A stretch of DNA of 57,429 nt from Nemertoderma westbladi. Its lineage: Eukaryota > Animalia > Xenacoelomorpha. Under the pieces are notes generated by a model. That model saw nothing but the letters and a program-made list of their open reading frames with translations. It did not search any database and was not told where the DNA came from. This document shows, piece after piece, positions 8,361 to 18,800 of the stretch (position 1 is the first letter of the stretch; every line of letters starts with the position of its first letter). The position numbers were made by a program, and so were the translations under genes. The DNA lies in contig JAUCBJ010009000.1 of assembly GCA_032718475.1 (NCBI GenBank), forward strand, positions 1 through 57,429. The letters are read 5' to 3'.

Positions 8361-10865
8361 ATGAGGATCCGAATAAGAAAAGACTCAAAGGAAGTTGCTA
8401 TTGATGATTTATCGAAGTTAACAAAGATAAATGATCTTAGAAAACGAATATCTAAGGAATTGAATGTTCCTTGTGAGCGCCAGAGACTTTTATTTGCCGG
8501 TAAACAGCTGGAAGATAACCACACGCTATTTGACTATGATGTTCAGTTCAACAATGTCGTTCTGTTGATGGTCCGACCAATTGTTGTCCAAGATGAGTCA
8601 GAAACAGTTGAAGAGCCAGAAGTTGTAAACCCCACCGATAACCTCCCCCACGAAGGAGCTGATGATAAATTCCCAGGCGCGCTATTTAAAGTGGGACAAT
8701 CGGTGGATGCTCGTCTCAAAGATCTTGGTTGTTGGTACCTTGCTGAAATAACTGAGATTATACCTGTTAATGGGGTCAACGAGATTCCAGCAGTTCCTGT
8801 GGGGGTCCATAATATTTCTTCTGTTCCCAGTCCCTGTAATGGGATGAGAGAGATTGCATCAATTGTGCCTAATGGAGAAACCAGTGTTACTGATATTCAA
8901 CCCATTGATGGAATCGATGGTATTGACCCTGATATTGGGTCCACTGAGGTTAAACAAATGAATAGAGCTGCTGAGAGTGAATCTGTTAATTGTGGCATGG
9001 ATAATGAGGTCGCCGAGGTTGAACACATTAATGGAGTTACTGAGATTGATCCCATTAATGGATTCACCAAGATTGAACCTGTTAATGGAGTCACTGGTAT
9101 TACATCCATTGATGGGATCGCAGCTTCTTCTGAACACCTATATAATTATAAAGTTAAATACACTGCAGCAGATGAGGAACTGCAAGATGAGACACTTGGA
9201 TTGTGTGACATCATTCCGAGGTGTTGTCGATTGGTTGACTTCGGCAATGTAGCAGAAGGTGACAAGATTATGGTTAATTACAATCCAGGGGATGCCAAGG
9301 AAAGGGGCTATTGGTACACATTAGTGGTATCCAAGAAATCGATTGGTTCTAGAAAGAAACGCAACCTGACTGGGGAAATCCTCAGGGGGGCCATATTGGA
9401 ACCAGTTTCAGGGGCTCATATTGAGTTCATGGATGAGGTATACCGATTGGAAGACCCAATGGACCCGTTATTGGGTGAGTATGATGAGGGGATGGACTTT
9501 CGTTACAATAAACCCGAGTGTGAGGATTGTTTGGACCAGCGTTTGAGTAGATGCACCAGTTGCAGTTGTAAGGTGTGCGGAATTAAAGAACACCTCAAAG
9601 AGACGATTATGTGTGATGAATGCGATGCAGCAATCCACATCTACTGTTTGAATCCCCCACTTCAGTGTGTCCCAGAAGGGGACTATTATTGCGATGAATG
9701 CAAGCATGATGTTGATGCTGTGGTTAATGCCGGAAAGGCATTACCAAAGAGTCTGAAGAAGAGTAAGATGCCATCAGCCACGAGTAAAGGGCAACGGGAC
9801 TGGGGCTCTGGGATGGCGTGCTCTGGACGCACCAAGGTGTGCACTATAGTAAATACAAACCACTTTGGACCAATACCAGGAGTTGAGGTGGGCTCCAGCT
9901 GGATGTACCGTCTGCAGTGCTCAGAGGCTGGAGTGCACAGACCACCAGTATCAGGAATACATGGCAAACAGAGTGTAGGTGCTTTTTCTATTGTTCTTAG
10001 CGGAGGCTATGAAGGGGACAGAGATGATGGAGAAGAGTTCTACTATAGTGGGTCTGGAGGGAGGGACCTCAGTGGCAATAAACGCACCAATGTGCAGAGT
10101 AAGGATCAGTTGCTTACTGCGAGTAATCTTGCACTAGCTTTAGTTTGCAATGCGCCAAAAAATGAGAGGGGCGCAAAAGCAGAGAACTGGCGTGCCGGAA
10201 AGCCAGTCCGAGTTGTCCGGTCTGCAAAGAACAAGCACTCGAAGTTTGCTCCCACATTAGGAGTTCGTTATGATGGAATCTACAAGCTGGTTCGATATTG
10301 GCCAGAAAAAGGACCGTCGGGGTTCATTATTTGGCGTTATTTCTTTCGAAGAGATGACGAAGTCCCGGCACCGTGGACACAACTCGGTAAAAGAAGGATT
10401 GAAGAGTTGGGGCTCCAACTTCAGTACCCCGAGGGAAAGGAGAATAAAAATGAAACACCAACCAATTCGAAACGCAAACGAGATGAGGATGTTATATCGA
10501 ACACAACGAAGAAACCTAAAGTCCGAGTTTATAATTTACCCCCAGCTATAAAAGATCTTATTGAATTGGATTCGGTTAATAAGAAGATGTGGAGATGCCT
10601 TGCGACGTCCAATGAGAACCACCAGCATTTCCTACAACGTGTTCAGGATGCCTTTATCTGTGTCTGTTGTCAGGATATACCCAGGAAGCCAGCCACCCTA
10701 CCCTGTTTACACAATGTGTGTGTGGGATGCCTGCGACGTGCTTTCGATAGCGGCGACCGCCGTTGTCCCACATGTCGTTTTGATTTGGCTCCCGATTACA
10801 AAGCAGTAACAAACGCCGAGTTTCAGGATGTTCTGACTGAATTGTTTCCCATTCTGAAAAGTTAA
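8361..10865 (+). CDS. UHRF1: UHRF1-family E3 ubiquitin ligase / hemimethyl-CpG reader (UBL-TTD-PHD-SRA-RING), single coding exon, 834 aa
   Basis: UBL (QRLLFAGKQLEDNHTLFDY), tandem Tudor (VDAR..GCWY; NYNPGDAKERGYWY), PHD (CKVC..CDECD..HIYCLNPPL..CDEC), SRA (RDWGSGMAC..GVHRPPVSGIHG..GGYEGD..GSGGRDLSGNKRT..RYDGIYK) and RING (CVCC..CLHNVCVGC..CPTCR), in canonical order and uninterrupted. Confidence 0.96.
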   Translation: MRIRIRKDSKEVAIDDLSKLTKINDLRKRISKELNVPCERQRLLFAGKQLEDNHTLFDYDVQFNNVVLLMVRPIVVQDESETVEEPEVVNPTDNLPHEGADDKFPGALFKVGQSVDARLKDLGCWYLAEITEIIPVNGVNEIPAVPVGVHNISSVPSPCNGMREIASIVPNGETSVTDIQPIDGIDGIDPDIGSTEVKQMNRAAESESVNCGMDNEVAEVEHINGVTEIDPINGFTKIEPVNGVTGITSIDGIAASSEHLYNYKVKYTAADEELQDETLGLCDIIPRCCRLVDFGNVAEGDKIMVNYNPGDAKERGYWYTLVVSKKSIGSRKKRNLTGEILRGAILEPVSGAHIEFMDEVYRLEDPMDPLLGEYDEGMDFRYNKPECEDCLDQRLSRCTSCSCKVCGIKEHLKETIMCDECDAAIHIYCLNPPLQCVPEGDYYCDECKHDVDAVVNAGKALPKSLKKSKMPSATSKGQRDWGSGMACSGRTKVCTIVNTNHFGPIPGVEVGSSWMYRLQCSEAGVHRPPVSGIHGKQSVGAFSIVLSGGYEGDRDDGEEFYYSGSGGRDLSGNKRTNVQSKDQLLTASNLALALVCNAPKNERGAKAENWRAGKPVRVVRSAKNKHSKFAPTLGVRYDGIYKLVRYWPEKGPSGFIIWRYFFRRDDEVPAPWTQLGKRRIEELGLQLQYPEGKENKNETPTNSKRKRDEDVISNTTKKPKVRVYNLPPAIKDLIELDSVNKKMWRCLATSNENHQHFLQRVQDAFICVCCQDIPRKPATLPCLHNVCVGCLRRAFDSGDRRCPTCRFDLAPDYKAVTNAEFQDVLTELFPILKS
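9008..9116 (+). repeat. 27-bp (9-aa) coding tandem repeat within UHRF1 Tudor insertion
   Basis: EVEHINGVT-EIDPINGFT-KIEPVNGVT-GITSIDG. Related units EIIPVNGVN and DIQPIDGID lie upstream. Confidence 0.8.
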
Positions 10866-11547
10866 ATCTACCAAAGTGTTGTTTACTGGTTGCGATGGAT
10901 ATTATCAGTATTATTATCTCAGCTTATACAGTAACGTCGACTCGAAAATATTAAGCAATGTGTTTGCAATACTTTAGTGTAAATGTAACCAAACCAAGTT
11001 GTAGCAAACAAAACCATTCGATTGTCATTGTATAGACTATTTCAATATTAATTAATCAACCATATTTGGTATATTTTATCAATTATGTCATATCCCACAC
11101 AAATTGTTGACTCTGATCCATTGTAATATTGAGGCAGTTTGTCTCTTTTCTTTTTAGCGAATTAAATATAATCGTTTCACAATCAAATTGATGTGCCTAT
11201 TATTTCTCATAATAACAATTTAAAAATTAAAGACAAAAAACTAAAGGAAAATTCATTGCCTTCTCGCTTTCTATTTATAGTGCTTTTTAGGTTTTTTTTA
11301 TTTTCAGCATTGCTTTCTAGTAAATATTCAGATCTTTTTATTACTGAACTGCTTGATGGGTTTATATATATTATGCATTTGATACACTTTTAAGAAATAG
11401 CTGAGATATATTGGGGCTCGTATTTTGCATGTTTTTCCATCATATACACTCAGAGACGAAAGATAATACCACTAGGTCTTCGGGTGTTTTTCCCTGTCGC
11501 TACTAATGACCCCACCTCCATTTTGAAATACTTGAGCAGTTGTTGAA

Positions 11548-11562
11548 TTTTATTTTTTTATT
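11548..11562 (-). terminator. Candidate polyadenylation signals (AATAAA x2) of the Kazal gene
   Basis: TTTATT occurs twice on the + strand, ~200 nt downstream of the Kazal stop codon. The AT-rich background lowers specificity. Confidence 0.4.
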
Positions 11563-11763
11563 TAAAGAATAACAGTTACTTTAAGTTACTTTATCTAATA
11601 ACTAATTACAATATGTGGAGCATAGGTGTATTCGTATATATAATATAATGTTACTTTTATTGTCTAACGAGTAACTAGGCCTACACAGGTGTACATTTGA
11701 GTTAATCAATGTATTTGTTTATAGTTTCAAAAAGCTCCACTCTTCCATTCAGCTTGTATTCCC

Positions 11764-11916
11764 TCAACAGGATCCCTTATGAGAAATATTCACGAGATTT
11801 GTTCTCCTGTGTTGGCAAAGAACGCACAGAGTGCCGTATGTCTGCCCGTCTGTGCCGCATACCGGGTTCCATTCTCGCGTGCAGCCGGGTAGAGAATCGT
11901 AGAGAGAGCAGTTCGG
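11764..11916 (-). CDS. Kazal inhibitor exon 4 (domain 2: PNCSLYDSLPGCTREWNPVCGTDGQTYGTLCVLCQHRRTNLVNISHKGSC*)
   Basis: Acceptor GTAATTTTTAG|, a complete six-cysteine Kazal domain, and TGA at 11766-11764. The spliced product is ~136 aa. Confidence 0.9.
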   Translation of the reverse strand, partial: PNCSLYDSLPGCTREWNPVCGTDGQTYGTLCVLCQHRRTNLVNISHKGSC

Positions 11917-12964
11917 CTAAAAATTACAGAAAGCGTTGTAATTTATTCAATAATTTAATTATATCATTGTGTGAAATGTATAAGAGTTATCCACTGTTAA
12001 AGAGTATGACCCTGTAACCCTAAATGCGCCCTTTTCAAAGAACACGTAATTTTGTTTCATGAACAAACTGGTGAACTGTTTCGTGTTTCACTGTTTCGTG
12101 AACTTATCGGCGTTCTGAATGCTTAATAAATAATAATGTTATTAATCACTTTAATATTGTAATGGTTTATAAATATTTATTAAATTAATATCCATTTATG
12201 GAAGTAATAGAAGTTACTACATCAACTTTAAGGTAAAATATCCTACACTTAGCATACGATGACCACTCTATAAAAGTGTTCTAGAAGTTTATTGTTTCTT
12301 AGTTAATAATGACTTTACAGCGATCCGACTTTTATTTAGGTCATGCGCAAGAGCACCGAAGTTGAAAATATATGAAATTGGCATTATTCCACGTTTAAGA
12401 CTCTTGTATATATATGTAAACTTTCCTCGTTGCGCTCGCTCAGTACAAAATACATTGAGAAATAAAGTGCTTCTTTTCACAGAATGATATAAATAGTTAT
12501 ATTTAATTGTGATGTAATATTCTATATTTTGAATATAAAAATAAATATTCGATTAAAATAATTAAAATATTCGATGAATTTATATATTTATTAATATTAA
12601 TACAATAATAAAGAAAAAGAAATAAATAAATTTATGGGTCTGGTGCTGAGTACAATCACGCCACCGAGACCATCATCGCCAAACACCGAGACCAAAAGGG
12701 TGCGAGCGAGAAAGGGGCCTTGCGAGTGTTTTGTGGATGTCAGGCGGCGTTTGGAGTTCTCTATGCCTTCGCGATGGTCTGGCCAGTCTCGTTTAGTTTG
12801 GTGGCCGTGGGTTTCATAAATAATATGTTGTATTATTGGATTTTAATCATTGTTTAAAAAATTGAATATTATTGACCAAATGTAATGTGAGTTAGTAGGC
12901 CTACCTACAGGTTATTATAATTAATAAAAATAATATTGCGATAATTAAATAAATATTTACTTAC

Positions 12965-12994
12965 AATATATCCACCACAGGGACCATCGTAAGC
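12965..12994 (-). CDS. Kazal inhibitor exon 3 (30-nt microexon AYDGPCGGYI, supplies Cys VI of domain 1)
   Basis: Acceptor TTATTTACAG|, donor |GTAAGT, phase 0/0. It provides the expected YxGxC terminus. Confidence 0.85.
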
Positions 12995-13312
12995 CTGTAA
13001 ATAATTAAATAAAATATATTGTACTGGTGCCCCACACGACACCCCCCACCACACCCTCGGTTATCGGGTTGCCGACTGTGTAGGCCTACTGATATCTACC
13101 CAATTGTACCTAAATGCAAAGTACACCTGTTACAAGAACCTATACTAAAAAGAGGTACAAAACATACCTTCTGTACATGAACCTAAATTTAACTAAGTCA
13201 AACACAATGCAAGTGCACCTTTTTTTCTCCTGTATAATACAGCACACCGCGACACACAATACGGTATGTGTAAATACTGTAGGTGTACCTTTGTATAATA
13301 AACTGAACCCAC

Positions 13313-13488
13313 CTTTGCTAGTCTTTCGGCAGCGGGATCTCCAAGAATTTGATCTGTACAAATAGACACCTCCATCGCGCATCTGTTCGGATAAGTCTTT
13401 CCGTCTGTACCACATTTAGGATCGAACTCCAATGTGCACGGCCTCTCACAGGGATTGGCAAATCTTCCTTGACATATGGTAATTGAAC
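13313..13488 (-). CDS. Kazal inhibitor exon 2 (domain 1, Cys I-V: CERPCTLEFDPKCGTDGKTYPNRCAMEVSIC)
   Basis: Acceptor TTGTGTCCTCAG|, donor AAG|GTGGGT, and the Kazal signature CGTDGKTYPNxC. Confidence 0.92.
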
Positions 13489-13754
13489 CTGAGGACACAA
13501 AACAAACATAAGAAGTCGGTTTAGACCTAAATGACACTGAAAAGCAAAGTGAAGGGCCAATAGTTATTCGATTCATCATATGAATTTAATATAATAAAAT
13601 AATGCAATAATAAAAATATATTTTTACTGTACAGGTTCTATTTGGAAAGAAAACCATACCAATACTAATAACGCTAATAATAATTAAATATATTAAGAAA
13701 AACAATTAAAATATAACTAAAGTTACTATTACTAATTATTAGTACCTTGCTTAC

Positions 13755-13806
13755 CAATAAGAAGTGTAAATAAAGCAGTTTGGGTGTAGAATGCGAATGT
13801 TTTCAT
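13755..13806 (-). CDS. Two-domain Kazal-type serine protease inhibitor, exon 1 (signal peptide MKTFAFYTQTALFTLLI-G)
   Basis: ATG at 13806-13804, hydrophobic N-terminus, and a phase-1 donor G|GTAAGC matching the phase of the next exon. Confidence 0.85.
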
Positions 13807-14322
13807 TTTTATATCCAATTACACTTATTAATTCAATTAGTAAGTATTTGTTTGTATAAACCAGGTTCGTATTAAATATTATTATGTATTATTATTTAAT
13901 TTATGATATGATGGAGTGTTAAGAATTAAGCTAAATATTAATAAATAAATAAATATTTATAATGAATATTATTTGTCAATATAATGAACTATTTGCTTCA
14001 TGTCTTGTATAATTATTGTGCACTGTGCGGAACAGTAGGCCCCTACTAACTGTTATGAAACATTGACTTTATTACCAACATATGGTGTAAAATATTAATA
14101 ATACAGACAGACATTGACTTTAACCGACAGGGTAATTTAGTAAATTAAATATAATGTAATTGATTAATTAATACTGTAGTTAGTAGAGAAATTGATTGAA
14201 ATATAATTGAATTAATACACGAGAAATTGATTGAAAATAATTGAATTAAAATATGAGTGGCTAAAAAAGAAATAACTATTTGGTAGGGTTGGGATATTAA
14301 GTTAAAACTAACTGTTATAAAT

Positions 14323-14344
14323 GGGGGGGGGGGGGGGGGGGGGG
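14323..14344 (+). repeat. Poly-G tract
   Basis: ~22 consecutive G in an AT-rich context. Confidence 0.85.
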
Positions 14345-14806
14345 CAGTGCATCAAATAATAAAACTGTTAACATGCATGGTTAAGAACAGTTACGATAAA
14401 TTAATTTTGTTTATTTATTTATATTTAACATTACAAGTGGTGATGTGAATTTTATTACGATATGGATATTAGCATAGTATCCGCATATCATATAACAAAC
14501 TTTTGTTTGCCTATTACCACACCATATTGTGTATTTATTTTGTCCAAAACACAAAGTCCACAGGTAAGGCTGTAGGCCTGGTTGAGAATGTTCTGTGTAA
14601 AATAAACACATTTTCCTACCTCTTCCGCAATCCTCTGTAGTTATGCTGTTGTGCTCCACACCCAGGGAGGTTAAACTTTGTTTAACAGATAATTTATTAA
14701 TCGCAATAAACAAATATGTAGATTTACAAAGGAACACTTTTGAATAGATGTTGGTTCGGTAGATTTAAAATATAGAATGCAATACAATATGATAATAGGA
14801 CTGACT

Positions 14807-15315
14807 CAGAGATGGACACGGCCCAGTTTTTCACTGCCCGGGCACGGCCCGTCTCGTTGGGTCTTGGCCGGCCCCAGACCGGCCCGGCACGGCACGGCAC
14901 GGGCACGTTAATTTTCTAAAAATTACAGCAAAAAATACAATTTTCTAAACTCTACTTAAGTAATTTGTATGCGAGTCTGAGAATGTAGCAATGGTACATT
15001 ACAAAGTTAAACAAAGGCACAAATAAACCATGAAACAACCCTAGTTACAGGAAAATGAAATAAAGATATTAATTAATATAGATATTAAATATAATTTCGT
15101 GGTAAAAAATCTGAAACAAAAATTTACATGTGCATTTACATGTACATTTACATGTACATTTAAATGTACATTTACATGTTAAATTAGTGTTTTGTTAACC
15201 AGATAATATCATTATTCAACATTAGCGGGCTTTCCAATATCTACATACGTAGAATGCGGCCCAAACCTGGCCCGCGCGCCCACGGCACCACGGGCCCGGC
15301 CCGTGTTCATCTCTG
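14807..15315. mobile_element. hAT-superfamily MITE (509 bp)
   Basis: TIRs CAGAGATGGACACGG / CCGTGTTCATCTCTG (14/15). Perfect 8-bp TSD GACTGACT at 14799-14806 and 15316-15323. GGCACG/GGCCCG subterminal repeats, and an internal 12-bp tandem repeat (ACATTTACATGT)~5 at ~15121-15180. Confidence 0.92.
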
Positions 15316-15656
15316 GACTGACTACTTTATAGGTATACAGAAGGTATGAAAAAAACGAATAAACTAGGCCGATTGTAATTAATACTGTATAATCAAGATC
15401 AACATACCGATTGCCCGCCCACTCCATCTCAAAATCAAACTTGAAAAAATTGGCAGCACTTTTACTAGATGGTTGTCACTTTTTCGTTACTAAGCATTTC
15501 AAATCTAAAAATAGACCGACTAGCAGCTCGGTCGCCTCGTTACCTCTCGTTATAATAACCGCTTCTTTAATCTCGTGGATTGTAACATCTTTTCTGTGGC
15601 CGACATCTGTCGTCATATGATTCCATATGATTCCGTCATATCATTGTCATATTAGT

Positions 15657-15693
15657 CTAAATACACCCTAAATACACCCTAAATACACCCTAT
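15657..15693 (+). repeat. 12-bp microrepeat (CTAAATACACC-type) x3
   Basis: CTAAATACACCCTAAATACACCCTAAATACACCCTA. Confidence 0.8.
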
Positions 15694-15825
15694 GATATGC
15701 CCTACCCCCTACTGTATGATATGAAATTCCACCGTATTTAGATTCAGTCCCCACTTTGTTTATGCGAAGCTGCACAGTAAATAACTAGCCAATAAGGACA
15801 GAATAATTATAATTGTTCGCTAAGG

Positions 15826-18800
15826 TTGGTTTCCATACCAACAAACACCCAATCAAGTTTGTTTCTACGACTTTTGCAAACTCGTTCGAACGACTTTACA
15901 AAACTTTGGGAAACAAATATAATTGGCTGGAGTGGTTTCTATACCAACAAACACCCAATCAAGTTTGTTTCCACGACTTTTGCAAACTCGTTCGAACGAC
16001 TTTACAAAACTTTGGGAAACAAATATAATTGGCTGTGGAGTGGTTTCTATACCAACAAACACCCAATCAAGTTTGTTTCCACGACTTTTGCAAACTCGTT
16101 CGAACGACTTTACAAAACTTTGGGAAACAAATATAATTGGCTGGAGTGGTTTCTATACCAACAAACACCCAATCAAGTTTGTTTCCACGACTTTTGCAAT
16201 CTCGTTCGAACGACTTTACAAAACTTTGGGAAACAAATATAATTGGCTGGAGTGGTTTCTATACCAACAAACACCCAATCAAGTTTGTTTCCACGACTTT
16301 TGCAAACTCGTTCGAACGACTTTACAAAACTTTGGGAAACAAATATAATTGGCTGGAGTGGTTTCTATACCAACAAACACCCAATCAAGTTTGTTTCCAC
16401 GACTTTTGCAAACTCGTTCGAACGACTTTACAAAACTTTGGGAAACAAATATAATTGGCTGGAGTGGTTTCTATACCAACAAACACCCAATCAAGTTTGT
16501 TCCCCCGACTTTTGCAAACTCGTTCGAACGACTTTACAATACTTTGGGAAACAAATCTAATTAGCTGGAGTGGTTTCTATACCAACAAACACCCAATCAA
16601 GTTTGTTTCCACGACTTTTGCAAACTCGTTCGAACGACTTTACAAAACTCGGGGAAACAAATCTAATTGGCTGGAGTGGTTTCTATACCAACAAACACCC
16701 AATCAAGTTTGTTTCCACGACTTTTGCAAACTCGTTCGAACGACTTTACAAAACTTTGGGAAACAAATCTAATTGGCTGGAGTGGTTTCTATACCAACAA
16801 ACACCCAATCATGTTTGTTCCCCCGACTTTTGCAAACTCGTTCGTACGACTTTACAAAACTTTGGGAAACAAATCTAATTGGCTGGAGTGGTTTCTATAC
16901 CAAAAAACACCCAATCATGTTTGTTCCCCCGACTTTTGCAAACTCGTTCGTACGACTTTACAAAACTTTGGGAAACAAATCTAATTGGCTGGAGTGGTTT
17001 CTATACCAAAAAACACCCAATCATGTTTGTTCCCCCGACTTTTGCAAACTCGTTCGTACGACTTTACAAAACTTTGGGAAACAAATCTAATTGGCTGGAG
17101 TGGTTTCTATACCAAAAAACACCCAATCATGTTTGTTCCCCCGACTTTTGCAAACTCGTTCGTACGACTTTACAAAACTTTGGGAAACAAATCTAATTGG
17201 CTGGAGTGGTTTCTATACCAAAAAACACCCAATCATGTTTGTTCCCCCGACTTTTGCAAACTCGTTCGTACGACTTTACAAAACTTTGGGAAACAAATCT
17301 AATTGGCTGGAGTGGTTTCTATACCAAAAAACACCCAACCATGTTTGTTCCCCCAACCTTTGCAAACTCGTTTGAACGACTTTACAAAACTCTGGGATAC
17401 AAATCTAATTGGCTGGAGTGGTTTCTATACCAAAAAACACCCAATCATGTTTGTTCCCCCGACTTTTGCAAACTCGTTCGAACGACTTTACAAAACTTTG
17501 GGAAACAAATCTAATTGGCTGGAGTGGTTTCTATACCAAAAAACACCCAATCATGTTTGTTCCCCCGACTTTTGCAAACTCGTTCGAACGACTTTACAAA
17601 ACTTTGGGAAACAAATCTAATTGGCTGGAGTGGTTTCTATACCAAAAAACACCCAATCATGTTTGTTCCCCCGACTTTTGCAAACTCGTTCGTACGACTT
17701 TACAAAACTTTGGGAAACAAATCTAATTGGCTGGAGTGGTTTCTATACCAACAAACACCCAATCATGTTTGTTCCCCCGACTTTTGCAAACTCGTTCGTA
17801 CGACTTTACAAAACTTTGGGAAACAAATCTAATTGGCTGGAGTGGTTTCTATACCAAAAAACACCCAATCATGTTTGTTCCCCCGACTTTTGCAAACTCG
17901 TTCGTACGACTTTACAAAACTTTGGGAAACAAATCTAATTGGCTGGAGTGGTTTCTATACCAACAAACACCCAATCATGTTTGTTCCCTCGACTTTTGCA
18001 AACTCGTTCGTACGACTTTACAAAACTTTGGGAAACAAATCTAATTGGCTGGAGTGGTTTCTATACCAAAAAACACCCAATCATGTTTGTTCCCCCGACT
18101 TTTGCAAACTCGTTCGTACGACTTTACAAAACTCTGGGAAACAAATCTAATTGGCTGGAGTGGTTTCTATACCAACAAATACCCAACCAAGCTTGTTCCC
18201 CCAACCTTTGCAAACTCGTTTGAACGACTTTACAAAACTCTGGGATACAAATCTAATTGGCTGGAGTGGTTTCTATACCAAAAAACACCCAATCATGTTT
18301 GTTCCCCCGACTTTTGCAAACTCGTTTGAACGACTTACAAAACTTTGGGAAACAAATCTAATTGGCTGGAGTGGTTTCTATACCAAAAAACACCCAATCA
18401 TGTTTGTTCCCCCGACTTTTGCAAACTCGTTCGTACGACTTTACAAAACTCTGGGAAACAAATCTAATTGGCTGGAGTGGTTTCTATACCAACAAATACC
18501 CAACCAAGCTTGTTCCCCCAACCTTTGCAAACTCGTTTGAACGACTTTACAAAACTCTGGGATACAAATCTAATTGGCTGGAGTGGTTTCTATACCAAAA
18601 AACACCCAATCATGTTTGTTCCCCCGACTTTTGCAAACTCGTTTGAACGACTTACAAAACTTTGGGAAACAAATCTAATTGGCTGGAGTGGTTTCTATAC
18701 CAAAAAACACCCAATCATGTTTGTTCCCCCGACTTTTGCAAACTCGTTCGTACGACTTTACAAAACTCTGGGAAACAAATCTAATTGGCTGGAGTGGTTT

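Noticed and set aside
10866-11250. Search for a poly(A) tail or TSD marking recent UHRF1 retroposition
   Set aside because: None recognisable, so a recent processed-pseudogene call is not supported.
12634-12820. GC-rich island in Kazal intron 3 with CACCGAGACCA x2 and a 61-aa ORF
   Set aside because: Probably a TE fragment, but no convincing TIR/TSD, splice sites or protein similarity.
13193-13579. 128-aa ORF taken as a complete Kazal protein
   Set aside because: It is exon 2 read through into flanking introns. It lacks the signal peptide and correctly placed Cys VI, which the spliced model supplies.
15880-15895. CENP-B-box resemblance (CTCGTTYGAACGA)
   Set aside because: Spacing and the CGGG end do not fit the NTTCGNNNNANNCGGGN consensus.
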